From: Bugula neritina
Taxonomy: Eukaryota > Animalia > Bryozoa
Assembly (NCBI GenBank): GCA_964035545.1
Contig: OZ037766.1
Location: forward strand, 18,687,081-18,751,080
Direction of reading: 5' to 3'
DNA: 64,000 nt
How positions within the stretch are numbered: the first letter of the stretch is position 1; every line of letters starts with the position of its first letter. The notes under the pieces are model-generated. The model was given only the letters and a program-made list of their open reading frames with translations. It was not told the DNA's origin and searched no databases. Shown in pieces: positions 24,901 through 39,900 of the stretch. Position numbers and translations under genes: made by a program.

Positions 24901-27900
24901 TTTTATTATGTTACAGTGTATTTCGGTATGTTGCAGCATATTTCAATGTGTTGCAGTGTATTTCAATATTTTACAGTGTACTTCAGTATGTTGCAGTATG
25001 TTGCAATGTATTTCAGTATGTTACAGTGTATTTCAGTATCTTACAGTACATTTCCGTAAATTACACTACACTTCAGTGAGTTGTAGTATATTTCACTATC
25101 TTGCAGTATATCTCAGTATGTAACAGTATATTTCAGTATGTTACAGTATATTTCAGTGTGTTACAGTAAATTTCAGTATGTTACAGTGCATTTGCAGATA
25201 TTACACTATACTTTAGTGAGTTTTAGTGTCTTTCAGTATGTTGCAGTATATTTCGGTATCTTGCAACTTATTTCAATGTGTTGCAATGTAATTCAATATG
25301 TTACAGTGTATTTCAGTAGGTTTCAGTATCTTCCAGTATATTTCAGCATGTTGCAGTATATTTCAGGATGTTGCAGTATATTTCAGTATGTTACAGTGTT
25401 TTGCAGTAGTTTGCAGTATATTTCAGTGTGTTACAGTATATTTCATTATGTTGCAGTATGTTGCAGTATATTTCAGTAGTTTGCAACATATTTCAGTAGG
25501 TTACCATATATTTCGGTATGTTGCAGCATATTTCAATGTGTTGCAGTGTATTTCAATATGTTACAGTGTATTTCAGTATGTTGCAGTATGTTCCATTATG
25601 CTGTAGTGTATTTCTGTATGTTACAGTGTATTTCAGTATGTTGCAGTACATTTCAGTATGTTACAGTATGTTTCAGTATGTTGCAGTATATTTCAGTGGG
25701 TTATAGCATATTTCAGTATGATACAGCGTATTTCAGTATGTTACAGTGTACTTCAGTATGTTGCAGTATTTTGCAATATATTTCAGTATGTTACAGTGTA
25801 TTTCAGTATGTTACAGTACATTTCCGTAAGTTACACTATACTTCAGGTAGTTGTAGTATATTTCAGTATCTTGCAGTATATCTCAGAATGTTACAGCATA
25901 TTTCATTGTGTTGCAGTGTATTTCAATATGTTACAGTGTATTTCAGTATGTTGCAGTATGTTGCAGTATGTTGCAGTATGCTGCAGTATGTTGCAGTGTA
26001 TTTCTGTATTTTACAGTGTATTTCAGTATGTTGCAGTATGTTTCAGCATGTTACAGTATATTTCAGTATGTTGCAGTATATTTCAGTGGGTTATAGTATA
26101 TTTCAGTATGATACAGCGTATTTCGGTATGTTACAGTGTATGTCAGTATGTTGCAGTATTTTGCAATGCATTTCAGTATGTTACAGTGTATTTCAGTATG
26201 TTGCAGTATATTTCAGTATTTTACAATAAATTTCAGTATATTACAGTAGATTTCCGTAAATTACACTATACTTCAGTGAGTTGTAGTATATTTCAGTATC
26301 ATGCAGTATATCTCAGTATGTTACAGTATATTTCAGTATGTTACAGTATGTTTCAGTGTGTTACAGTATATTGCAGTATATTTCAGTAGTTTGCAACATA
26401 TTTCAGTAGGTTACCATATATTTCGCTATGTTGCAGCATATTTCAATGTGTTGGAGTGTATTTCAATATGTTACAGTGTATTTCAGTATGTTGCAGTATG
26501 TTGCAGTATGATGCAGCATGTTGCAGTGTATTTCTGTATGTTACAGTGTAATTCAGAATGTTGCAGTATATTTCAGTATGTTACAGTATGTTTCAGTATG
26601 TTGCAGTATATTTCAGTGGGTTATAGTATATTTCAGTATGATACAGCGTATTTCAGTAAGTTACAGTGTATTTCAGTATGTTGCAGTATTTTGCAATATA
26701 TTTCAGTATGTTACAGCGTATTTCAGTATGTTGCAGTATATTTCAGTATGTTACAATAGATTTCAGTATGTTACAGTACATTGCCGTAAATTACACTATA
26801 CTTCAGTGAGTTGTAGTATATTTCAGTATCTTGCAGTATATCTCAGTATGTTACTGTATATTTCAGTATGTTACAGTATATTTCAGTCTGTTACAGTAAA
26901 TTTCAGTATGTTACAGTGCATTTGCAGATATTACACTATACTTTAGTGAGTTTTAGTGTCTTTCAGTATGTTGCAGTATATTTCAGTATGTTGCAGTATT
27001 TTGCAATATATATCAGTATGTTACAGTGTATTTCGGTATGTTGCAGTATATTTCAGTATGTTACAATAAATTTCAGTATGTTACAGTATATTTCCGTAAA
27101 TTACTCTATACTTCAGTGAGTTGTAGTATATTTCAGTATCTTGCAGTATACCTCAGTATGTTACAGTATATTTCAGTATGTTACAGTATATTTCAGTTTG
27201 TTACTGTAAATTTCAGTATGTTACAGTGCATTTGCAGATATTACACTATACTTCAGTGAGTTTTAGTGTCTTTCATTATGTTGCAGTATATTTCAGTGTG
27301 TTGCAGTATTTTGCAATACATTTTATTATGTTACAGTGTATTTCGGTATGTTGCAGCATATTTCAATGTGTTGCAGTGTATTTCAATATTTTACAGTGTA
27401 CTTCAGTATGTTGCAGTATGTTGCAATGTATTTCAGTATGTTACAGTGTATTTCAGTATCTTACAGTACATTTCCGTAAATTACACTACACTTCAGTGAG
27501 TTGTAGTATATTTCACTATCTTGCAGTATATCTCAGTATGTAACAGTATATTTCAGTATGTTACAGTATATTTCAGTGTGTTACAGTAAATTTCAGTATG
27601 TTACAGTGCATTTGCAGATATTACACTATACTTTAGTGAGTTTTAGTGTCTTTCAGTATGTTGCAGTATATTTCGGTATCTTGCAACTTATTTCAATGTG
27701 TTGCAATGTAATTCAATATGTTACAGTGTATTTCAGTAGGTTTCAGTATCTTCCAGTATATTTCAGCATGTTGCAGTATATTTCAGGATGTTGCAGTATA
27801 TTTCAGTATGTTACAGTGTTTTGCAGTAGTTTGCAGTATATTTCAGTGTGTTACAGTATATTTCATTATGTTGCAGTATGTTGCAGTATATTTCAGTAGT

Positions 27901-30900
27901 TTGCAACATATTTCAGTAGGTTACCATATATTTCGGTATGTTGCAGCATATTTCAAGGTGTTGCAGTGTATTTCAATATGTTACAGTGTATTTCAGTATG
28001 TTGCAGTATGTTCCATTATGCTGTAGTGTATTTCTGTATATTACAGTGTATTTCAGTATGTTGCAGTACATTTCAGTATGTTACAGTATGTTTCAGTATG
28101 TTGCAGTATATTTCAGTGGGTTATAGCATATTTCAGTATGATACAGCGTATTTCAGTATGTTACAGTGTACTTCAGTATGTTGCAGTATTTTGCAATATA
28201 TTTCAGTATGTTACAGTGTATTTCAGTATGTTACAGTACATTTCCGTAAGTTACACTATACTTCAGGTAGTTGTAGTATATTTCAGTATCTTGCAGTATA
28301 TCTCAGAATGTTACAGCATATTTCATTGTGTTGCAGTGTATTTCAATATGTTACAGTGTATTTCAGTATGTTGCAGTATGTTGCAGTATGTTGCAGTATG
28401 CTGCAGTATGTTGCAGTGTATTTCTGTATTTTACAGTGTATTTCAGTATGTTGCAGTATGTTTCAGCATGTTACAGTATATTTCAGTATGTTGCAGTATA
28501 TTTCAGTGGGTTATAGTATATTTCAGTATGATACAGCGTATTTCGGTATGTTACAGTGTATGTCAGTATGTTGCAGTATTTTGCAATGCATTTCAGTATG
28601 TTACAGTGTATTTCAGTATGTTGCAGTATATTTCAGTATTTTACAATAAATTTCAGTATATTACAGTAGATTTCCGTAAATTACACTATACTTCAGTGAG
28701 TTGTAGTATATTTCAGTATCATGCAGTATATCTCAGTATGTTACAGTATATTTCAGTATGTTACAGTATGTTTCAGTGTGTTACAGTATATTGCAGTATA
28801 TTTCAGTAGTTTGCAACATATTTCAGTAGGTTACCATATATTTCGCTATGTTGCAGCATATTTCAATGTGTTGGAGTGTATTTCAATATGTTACAGTGTA
28901 TTTCAGTATGTTGCAGTATGTTGCAGTATGATGCAGCATGTTGCAGTGTATTTCTGTATGTTACAGTGTAATTCAGAATGTTGCAGTATATTTCAGTATG
29001 TTACAGTATGTTTCAGTATGTTGCAGTATATTTCAGTGGGTTATAGTATATTTCAGTATGATACAGCGTATTTCAGTAAGTTACAGTGTATTTCAGTATG
29101 TTGCAGTATTTTGCAATATATTTCAGTATGTTACAGCGTATTTCAGTATGTTGCAGTATATTTCAGTATGTTACAATAGATTTCAGTATGTTACAGTACA
29201 TTGCCGTAAATTACACTATACTTCAGTGAGTTGTAGTATATTTCAGTATCTTGCAGTATATCTCAGTATGTTACTGTATATTTCAGTATGTTACAGTATA
29301 TTTCAGTCTGTTACAGTAAATTTCAGTATGTTACAGTGCATTTGCAGATATTACACTATACTTTAGTGAGTTTTAGTGTCTTTCAGTATGTTGCAGTATA
29401 TTTCAGTATGTTGCAGTATTTTGCAATATATATCAGTATGTTACAGTGTATTTCGGTATGTTGCAGTATATTTCAGTATGTTACAATAAATTTCAGTATG
29501 TTACAGTATATTTCCGTAAATTACTCTATACTTCAGTGAGTTGTAGTATATTTCAGTATCTTGCAGTATACCTCAGTATGTTACAGTATATTTCAGTATG
29601 TTACAGTATATTTCAGTTTGTTACTGTAAATTTCAGTATGTTACAGTGCATTTGCAGATATTACACTATACTTCAGTGAGTTTTAGTGTCTTTCATTATG
29701 TTGCAGTATATTTCAGTATGTTGCAGTATTTTGCAATACATTTTATTATGTTACAGTGTATTTCGGTATGTTGCAGCATATTTCAATGTGTTGCAGTGTA
29801 TTTCAATATTTTACAGTGTACTTCAGTATGTTGCAGTATGTTGCAATGTATTTCAGTATGTTACAGTGTATTTCAGTATCTTACAGTACATTTCCGTAAA
29901 TTACACTACACTTCAGTGAGTTGTAGTATATTTCACTATCTTGCAGTATATCTCAGTATGTAACAGTATATTTCAGTTTGTTACAGTATATTTCAGTGTG
30001 TTACAGTAAATTTCAGTATGTTACAGTGCATTTGCAGATATTACACTATACTTTAGTGAGTTTTAGTGTCTTTCAGTATGTTGCAGTATATTTCGGTATC
30101 TTGCAACTTATTTCAATGTGTTGCAATGTAATTCAATATGTTACGGTGTATTTCAGTATGTTACAGTGTATTTCAGTATGTTGCAGTATTTTGCAATGTA
30201 TATCAGTATGTTACACTGTATTTCAGTATGTTGCAGTATATTTCAGTATGTTACAATAAATTTCAGTATGTTACAGTATATTTCCGTAAATTACACTATA
30301 CTTCAGTGAGTTGTAGTATATTTCAGTATCTTGCAGTATATCTCAGTATGTTACAGTATATTTCAGAATGTTACAGTATATTTCAGTTTGTTACAGTAAA
30401 TTTCAGTATGTTACAGTGCATTTGCAGATATTACACTATACTTCAGTGAGTTTTAGTGTCTTTCATTATGTTGCAGTATATTTCAGTATGTTGCAGTATT
30501 TTGCAATACATTTTATTACGTTACAGTGTATTTCAGTATGTTGCAGTATATTTCAGTTTGATACAATAAATTTCAGTATGTTACAGTACATTTCCGTAAA
30601 TTACACTATACTTCAGTGAGTTTTAGTATATTTCAGTATCTTGCAGTATATCTCAGTATGTTATAGTATATTTCAGTATGTTGCAGTATATTTCAGCGTG
30701 TTTGAATATATTTCAGTATGACACAGTGCATTTCCAGATATTACGCTATACTTCAGTGAGTTTTAGTGTCTTTCAGTATGTTGCAGTATATTTCGGTATT
30801 TTGCAACATATTTCAATATGTTGCAATGTATTTCAATATGTTACAGTGTATTACAGTATGTTGCAGTATGTTGCAATGTATTTCAGTATGTTACAGTGTA

Positions 30901-33900
30901 TTTCAGTAGGTTTCAGTATCTTGCAGTATATTTCAGCATGTTGCAGTATATTTCAGGATGTTGCAGTATATTTCAGTATGTTACAGTGTTTTGCAGTATT
31001 TTGCAGTATATTTCAGTGTGTTACAGTATATTTCATTATGTTGCAGTATGTTGCAGTATATTTCAGTAGTTTGCAACATATTTCAGTAGGTTACCATATA
31101 TTTCGGTATGTTGCAGCATATTTCAAGGTGTTGCAGTGTATTTCAATATGTTACAGTGTATTTCAGTATGTTGCAGTATGTTCCATTATGCTGCAGTGTA
31201 TTTCTGTATGTTACAGTGTATTTCAGTATGTTGCAGTACATTTCAGCATGTTACAGTATAGTTCAGTATGTTGCAGTATCTTTCAGTGGGTTATAGCATA
31301 TTTCAGTATTATACAGCGTATTTCAGTATGTTACAGTGTACTTCAGTATGTTGCAGTATTTTGCAATATATTTCAGTATGTTACAGTGTATTTCAGTATG
31401 TTGCAGTATATTTCAGTATGTTACAATAAATTTCAGTATGTTACAGTACATTTCCGTAAGTTACACTATACTTCAGGTAGTTGTAGTATATTTCAGTATC
31501 TTGCAGTATATCTCAGTATGTTACAGCATATTTCATTGTGTTGCAGTGTATTTCAATATGTTACAGTGTATTTCAGTATGTTGCAGTATGTTGCAGTATG
31601 CTGCAGTATGTTGCAGTGTATTTCTGTATTTTACAGTGTATTTCAGTATGTTGCAGTATATTTCAGCATGTTACAGTATATTTCAGTATGTTGCAGTATA
31701 TTTCAGTGGGTTATAGTATATTTCAGTATGATACAGCGTATTTCGGTATGTGACAGTGTATGTCAGTATGTTGCAGTATTTTGCAATGCATTTCAGTATG
31801 TTACAGTGTATTTTAGTATGTTGCAGTATATTTCAGTATTTTACAATAAATTTCAGTATATTACAGTACATTTCCGTAACTTACACTATACTTCAGTGAG
31901 TTGTAGTATATTTCAGTATCTTGCAGTATATCTCAGTATGTTACAGTATATTTCAGTATGTTACAGTATGTTTCAGTGTGTTACAGTATGTTGCAGTATA
32001 TTTCAGTAGTTTGCAACATATTTCAGTAGGTTACCATATATTTCGGTATGTTGCAGCATATTTCAATGTGTTGCAGTGTATTTCAATATGTTACAGTGTA
32101 TTTCAGTATGTTGCAGTATGTTGCAGTATGATGCAGCATGTTGCAGTGTATTTCTGTATGTTACAGTGTAATTCAGAATGTTGCAGTATATTTCAGTTTG
32201 TTACAGTAAATTTCAGTATGTTACAGTGCATTTGCAGATATTACACTATACTTCAGTGAGTTTTAGTGTCTTTCAGTATCTTGCAGTGTATTTCAGTATG
32301 TTGCAGTATGTTGCAGTATGATGCAGCATGTTGCAGTGTATTTCTGTATGTTACAGTGTAATTCAGAATGTTGCAGTATATTTCAGTATTTTACAGTATG
32401 TTTCAGTATGTTGCAGTATATTTCAGTGGGTTATAGTATATTTCAGTATGATACAGCGTATTTCAGTATGTTACAGTGTATTTCAGTATGTTGCAGTATT
32501 ATGCAATATATTTTAGTATGTTACAGCGTATTTCAGTATGTTGCAGTATATTTCAGTATGTTACAATAAATTTCAGTATGTTACAGTACATTGCCATAAA
32601 TTACACTATACTTCAGTGAGTTGTAGTATATTTCAGTTTCTTGCAGTATATCTCAGTATGTTACAGTATATTTCAGAAAGTTACAGTATATTTCAGTTTG
32701 TTACAGTACATTGCCATAAATTACACTATACTTCAGTGAGTTGTAGTATATTTCAGTATCTTGCAGTATATCTCAGTATGTTACAGTATATTTCAGAATG
32801 TTACAGTATATTTCAGTTTGTTACAGTAAATTTCAGTATGTTACAGTGCATTTGCAGATATTACACTATACTTCAGTGAGTTTTAGTGTCTTTCATTTTG
32901 TTGCAGTATATTTCAGTATGTTGCAGTATTTTGCAATACATTTTATTATGTTACAGTGTATTTCAGTATGTTGCAGTATATTTCAGTTTGATACAATAAA
33001 TTTCAGTATGTTACAGTACATTTCCGTAAATTACACTATACTTCAGTGAGTTGTAGTATATTTCAGTATCTTGCAGTATATCTCAGTATGTTATAGTATA
33101 TTTCAGTATGTTGCAGTATATTTCAGCGTGTTTGAGTATATTTCAGTATGACGCAGTGCATTTCCAGATATTACGCTATATTTCAGTGAGTTTTAGTGTC
33201 TTTCAGTATGTTGCAGTATATTTCGGTATTTTGCAACATATTTCAATATGTTGCAATGTATTTCAATATGTTACAGTGTATTACAGTATGTTGCAGTATG
33301 TTGCAATGTATTTCAGTATGTTACAGTGTATTTCAGTAGGTTTCAGTATCTTGCAGTATATTTCAGCATGTTGCAGTATATTTCAGGATGTTGCAGTATA
33401 TTTCAGTAAGTTACAGTGTTTTGCAGTATTTTGCAGTATATTTCAGTGTGTTACAGTATATTTCATTATGTTGCAGTATGTTGCAGTATATTTCAGTAGT
33501 TTGCAACATATTTCAGTAGGTTACCATATATTTCGGTATGTTGCAGCATATTTCAAGGTGTTGCAGTGTATTTCAATATGTTACAGTGTATTTCAGTATG
33601 TTGCAGTATGTTCCATTATGCTGCAGTGTATTTCTGTATGTTACAGTGTATTTCAGTATGTTGCAGTACATTTCAGCATGTTTCAGTATATTTCAGTATG
33701 TTGCAGTATCTTTCAGTGGGTTATAGCATATTTCAGTATGATACAGCGTATTTCAGTATGTTACAGTGTACTTCAGTATGTTGCAGTATTTTGCAATATA
33801 TTTCAGTATGTTACAGTGTATTTCAGTATGTTGCAGTATATTTCAGTATGTTACAATAAATTTCAGTATGTTACAGTACATTTCCGTAAGTTACACTATA

Positions 33901-36900
33901 CTTCAGGTAGTTGTAGTATATTTCAGTATCTTGCAGTATATCTCAATATGTTACAGCATATTTCATTGTGTTGCAGTGTATTTCAATATGTTACAGTGTA
34001 TTTCAGTATGTTGCAGTATGTTGCAGTATGCTGCAGTATGTTGCAGTGTATTTCTGTATTTTACAGTGTATTTCAGTATGTTGCAGTATATTTCAGCATG
34101 TTACAGTATATTTCAGTATGTTGCAGTATATTTCAGTGGGTTATAGTATATTTCAGTATGATACAGCGTATTTCGGTATGTTACAGTGTATGTCAGTATG
34201 TTGCAGTATTTTGCAATGCATTTCAGTATGTTACAGTGTATTTCAGTATGTTGCAGTATATTTCAGTATTTTACAATAAATTTCAGTATATTACAGTACA
34301 TTTCCGTAACTTACACTATACTTCAGTGAGTTGTAGTATATTTCAGTATCTTGCAGTATATCTCAGTATGTTACAGTATATTTCAGTATGTTACAGTATG
34401 TTTCAGTGTGTTACAGTATGTTGCAGTATATTTCAGTAGTTTGCAACATATTTCAGTAGGTTACCATATATTTCGGTATGTTGCAGCATATTTCAATGTG
34501 TTGCAGTGTATTTCAATATGTTACAGTGTATTTCAGTATGTTGCAGTATGTTGCAGTATGATGCAGCATGTTGCAGTGTATTTCTGTATGTTACAGTGTA
34601 ATTCAGAATGTTGCAGTATATTTCAGTATGTTACAGTATGTTTCAGTATGTTGCAGTATATTTCAGTGGGTTATGGTATATTTCAGTATGATACAGCGTA
34701 TTTCAGTATGTTACAGTGTATTTCAGTATGTTGCAGTATTTTGCAATATATTTCAGTATGTTACAGCGTATTTCAGTATGTTGCAGTATATTTCAGTATG
34801 TTACAATAAATTTCAGTATGTTACAGTACATTGCCGTAAATTACACTATACTTCAGTGAGTTGTAGTATATTTCAGTATCTTGCAGTATATCTCAGTATG
34901 TTACTGTATATTTCAGTATGTTACAGTATATTTCAGTCTGTTACAGTAAATTTCAGTATGTTACAGTGCATTTGCAGATATTACACTATACTTTAGTGAG
35001 TTTTAGTGTCTTTCAGTATGTTGCAGTATATTTCAGTATGTTGCAGTATTTTGCAATATATATCAGTATGTTACAGTGTATTTCAGTATGTTGCAGTATA
35101 TTTCAGTATGCTACAATAAATTTCAGTATGTTACAGTATATTTCCATAAATTACTCTATACTTCAGTGAGTTGTAGTATATTTCAGTATCTTGCAGTATA
35201 CCTCAGTATGTTACAGTATATTTCAGTATGTTACAGTATATTTCAGTTTGTTACAGTAAGTTTCAGTATGTTACAGTGCATTTGCAGATATTACACTATA
35301 CTTCAGTGAGTTTTAGTGTCTTTCATTATGTTGCAGTATATTTCAGTATGTTGCAGTATTTTGCAATACATTTTATTATGTTACAGTGTATTTCGGTATG
35401 TCGCAGCATATTTCAATGTGTTGCAGTGTATTTCAATATTTTACAGTGTACTTCAGTATGTTGCAGTATGTTGCAATGTATTTCAGTATGTTACAGTGTA
35501 TTTCAGTATCTTACAGTACATTTCCGTAAATTACACCACACTTCAGTGAGTTGTAGTATATTTCACTATCTTGCAGTATATCTCAGTATGTAACAGTATA
35601 TTTCAGTATGTTACAGTATATTTCAGTGTGTTACAGTAAATTTCAGTATGTTACAGTGCATTTGCAGATATTACACTATACTTTAGTGAGTTTTAGTGTC
35701 TTTCAGTATGTTGCAGTATATTTCGGTATCTTGCAACTTATTTCAATGTGTTGCAATGTAATTCAGTATGTTACAGTGTATTTCAGTATGTTACAGTGTA
35801 TTTCAGTATGTTGCAGTATTTTGCAATATATATCAGTATGTTACAGTGTATTTCAGTATGTTGCAGTATATTTCAGTATGTTACAATAAATTTCAGTATG
35901 TTACAGTATATTTCCGTAAATTACACTATACTTCAGTGAGTTGTAGTATATTTCAGTATCTTGCAGTATATCTCAGTATGTTACAGTATATTTCAGAATG
36001 TTACAGTATATTTCAGTTTGTTACAGTAAATTTCAGTATGTTACAGTGCATTTGCAGATATTACACTATACTTCAGTGAGTTTTAGTGTCTTTCATTATG
36101 TTGCAGTATATTTCAGTATGTTGCAGTATTTTGCAATACATTTTATTATGTTACAGTGTATTTCAGTATGTTGCAGTATATTTCAGTTTGATACAATAAA
36201 TTTCAGTATGTTACAGTACATTTCCGTAAATTACACTATACTTCAGTGAGTTGTAGTATATTTCAGTATCTTGCAGTATATCTCAGTATGTTACAGTATA
36301 TTTCAGTATGTTGCAGTATATTTCAGCGTGTTTGAGTATATTTCAGTCTGACACAGTGCATTTCCAGATATTACGCTATACTTCAGTGAGTTTTAGTGTC
36401 TTTCAGTATGTTGCAGTATATTTCGGTATTTTGCCACATATTTCAATATGTTGCAATGTATTTTCCTATGTTACAGTGTATTTCAGTATGTTGCAGTATG
36501 TTGCAATGTATTTCCGTATGTTACAGTGTATTTCAGTAAGTTTCAGTATCTTGCAGTATATTTCAGCATGTTGCAGTATATTTCAGGATGTTGCGGTATA
36601 TTTCAGTATGTCACAGTGTTTTGCAGTATTTTGCAGTATATTTCAGTGTGTTACAGTATATTTCATTATGTTGCAGTATGTTGCAGTATATTTCAGTAGA
36701 TTGCAACATATTTCAGTAGGTTACCATATAATTCGGTATGTTGCAGCATATTTCAAGGTGTTGCAGTGTATTTCAATATGTTACAGTGTATTTCAGTATG
36801 TTGCAGTATGTTCCATTATGCTGCAGTGTATTTCTGTATGTTACAGTGTATTTCAGTATGTTGCAGTACATTTCAGCATGTTACAGTATATTTCAGTATG

Positions 36901-39900
36901 TTGCAGTATCTTTCAGTGGGTTATAGCATATTTCAGTATGATACAGCGTATTTCAGTATGTTACAGTGTACTTCAGTATGTTGCAGTATTTTGCAATGTA
37001 TTTCAGTATGTTACAGTGTATTTCAGTATGTTGCAGTATATTTCAGTATGTTACAATAAATTTCAGTATGTTACAGTACATTTCCGTAAGTTACACTATA
37101 CTTCAGGTAGTTGTAGTATATTTCAGTATCTTGCAGTATATCTCAGTATGTTACAGCATATTTCATTGTGTTGCAGTGTATTTCAATATGTTACAGTGTA
37201 TTTCAGTATGTTGCAGTATGTTGCAGTATGCTGCAGTATGTTGCAGTGTATTTCTGTATTTTACAGTGTATTTCAGTATGTTGCAGTATATTTCAGCATG
37301 TTACAGTATATTTCAGTATGTTGCAGTATATTTCAGTGGGTTATAGTATATGTCAGTATGATACAGCGTATTTCGGTATGTTACAGTGTATGTCAGTATG
37401 TTGCAGTATTTTGCAATGCATTTCAGTATGTTACAGTGTATTTCAGTATGTTGCAGTATATTTCAGTATTTTACAATAAATTTCAGTATATTACAGTACA
37501 TTTCCGTGAATTACACTATACTTCAGTGAGTTGTAGTATATTTCGGTATCATGCAGTATATCTCAGTATGTTACAGTATATTTCAGTATGTTACAGTATG
37601 TTTCAGTGTGTTACAGTATGTTGCAGTATATTTCAGTAGTTTGCAACATATTTCAGTAGGTTACCATATATTTCGCTATGTTGCAGCATATTTCAATGTG
37701 TTGCAGTGTATTTCAATATGTTACAGTGTATTTCAGTATGTTGCAGTATGTTGCAGTATGATGCAGCATGTTGCAGTGTATTTCTGTATGTTACAGTGTA
37801 ATGCAGAATGTTGCAGTATATTTCAGTATGTTACAGTATGTTTCAGTATGTTGCAGTATTATGCAATATATTTCAGTATGTTACAGCGTATTTCAGCATG
37901 TTGCAGTATATTTCAGTATGTTACAATAAATTTCAGTATGTTACAGTACATTGCCATAAATTACACTATACTTCAGTGAGTTGTAGTATATTTCAGTTTC
38001 TTGCAGTATATCTCAGTATGTTACTGTATATTTCAGTATGTTACAGTATATTTCAGTCTGTTACAGTAAATTTCAGTATGTTACAGTGCATTTGCAGATA
38101 TTACACTATACTTTGGTGAGTTTTAGTGTCTCAGTATGTTGCAGTATATTTCTGTATGTTGCAGTATTTTGCAATATATATCAGTATGTTACAGTGTATT
38201 TCAGTATGTTGCAGTATATTTCAGTATGCTACAATAAATTTCAGTATGTTACAGTATATTTCCATATATTACTCTATACTTCAGTGAGTTGTAGTATATT
38301 TCAGTATCTTGCAGTATACCTCAGTATGTTACAGTATATTTCAGTATGTTACAGTATATTTCAGTTTGTTACAGTAAGTTTCAGTATGTTACAGTGCATT
38401 TGCAGATATTACACTATACTTCAGTGAGTTTTAGTGTCTTTCATTATGTTGCAGTATATTTCAGTATGTTGCAGTATTTTGCAATACATTTTATTATGTT
38501 ACAGTGTATTTCGGTATGTCGCAGCATATTTCAATGTGTTGCAGTGTATTTCAATATTTTACAGTGTACTTCAGTATGTTGCAGTATGTTGCAATGTATT
38601 TCAGTATGTTACAGTGTATTTCAGTATCTTACAGTACATTTCCGTAAATTACACCACACTTCAGTGAGTTGTAGTATATTTCACTATCTTGCAGTATATC
38701 TCAGTATGTAACAGTATATTTCAGTATGTTACAGTATATTTCAGTGTGTTACAGTAAATTTCAGTATGTTACAGTGCATTTGCAGATATTACACTATACT
38801 TTAGTGAGTTTTAGTGTCTTTCAGTATGTTGCAGTATATTTCGGTATCTTGCAACTTATTTCAATGTGTTGCAATGTAATTCAGTATGTTACAGTGTATT
38901 TCAGTATGTTACAGTGTATTTCAGTATGTTGCAGTATTTTGCAATATATATCAGTATGTTACAGTGTATTTCAGTATGTTGCAGTATATTTCAGTATGTT
39001 ACAATAAATTTCAGTATGTTACAGTATATTTCCGTAAATTACACTATACTTCAGTGAGTTGTAGTATATTTCAGTATCTTGCAGTATATCTCAGTATGTT
39101 ACAGTATATTTCAGAATGTTACAGTATATTTCAGTTTGTTACAGTAAATTTCAGTATGTTACAGTGCATTTGCAGATATTACACTATACTTCAGTGAGTT
39201 TTAGTGTCTTTCATTATGTTGCAGTATATTTCAGTATGTTGCAGTATTTTGCAATACATTTTATTATGTTACAGTGTATTTCAGTATGTTGCAGTATATT
39301 TCAGTTTGATACAATAAATTTCAGTATGTTACAGTACATTTCCGTAAATTACACTATACTTCAGTGAGTTGTAGTATATTTCAGTATCTTGCAGTATATC
39401 TCAGTATGTTACAGTATATTTCAGTATGTTGCAGTATATTTCAGCGTGTTTGAGTATATTTCAGTCTGACACAGTGCATTTCCAGATATTACGCTATACT
39501 TCAGTGAGTTTTAGTGTCTTTCAGTATGTTGCAGTATATTTCGGTATTTTGCCACATATTTCAATATGTTGCAATGTATTTTCCTATGTTACAGTGTATT
39601 TCAGTATGTTGCAGTATGTTGCAATGTATTTCCGTATGTTACAGTGTATTTCAGTAAGTTTCAGTATCTTGCAGTATATTTCAGCATGTTGCAGTATATT
39701 TCAGGATGTTGCAGTATATTTCAGTATGTCACAGTGTTTTGCAGTATTTTGCAGTATATTTCAGTGTGTTACAGTATATTTCATTATGTTGCAGTATGTT
39801 GCAGTATATTTCAGTAGATTGCAACATATTTCAGTAGGTTACCATATAATTCGGTATGTTGCAGCATATTTCAAGGTGTTGCAGTGTATTTCAATATGTT

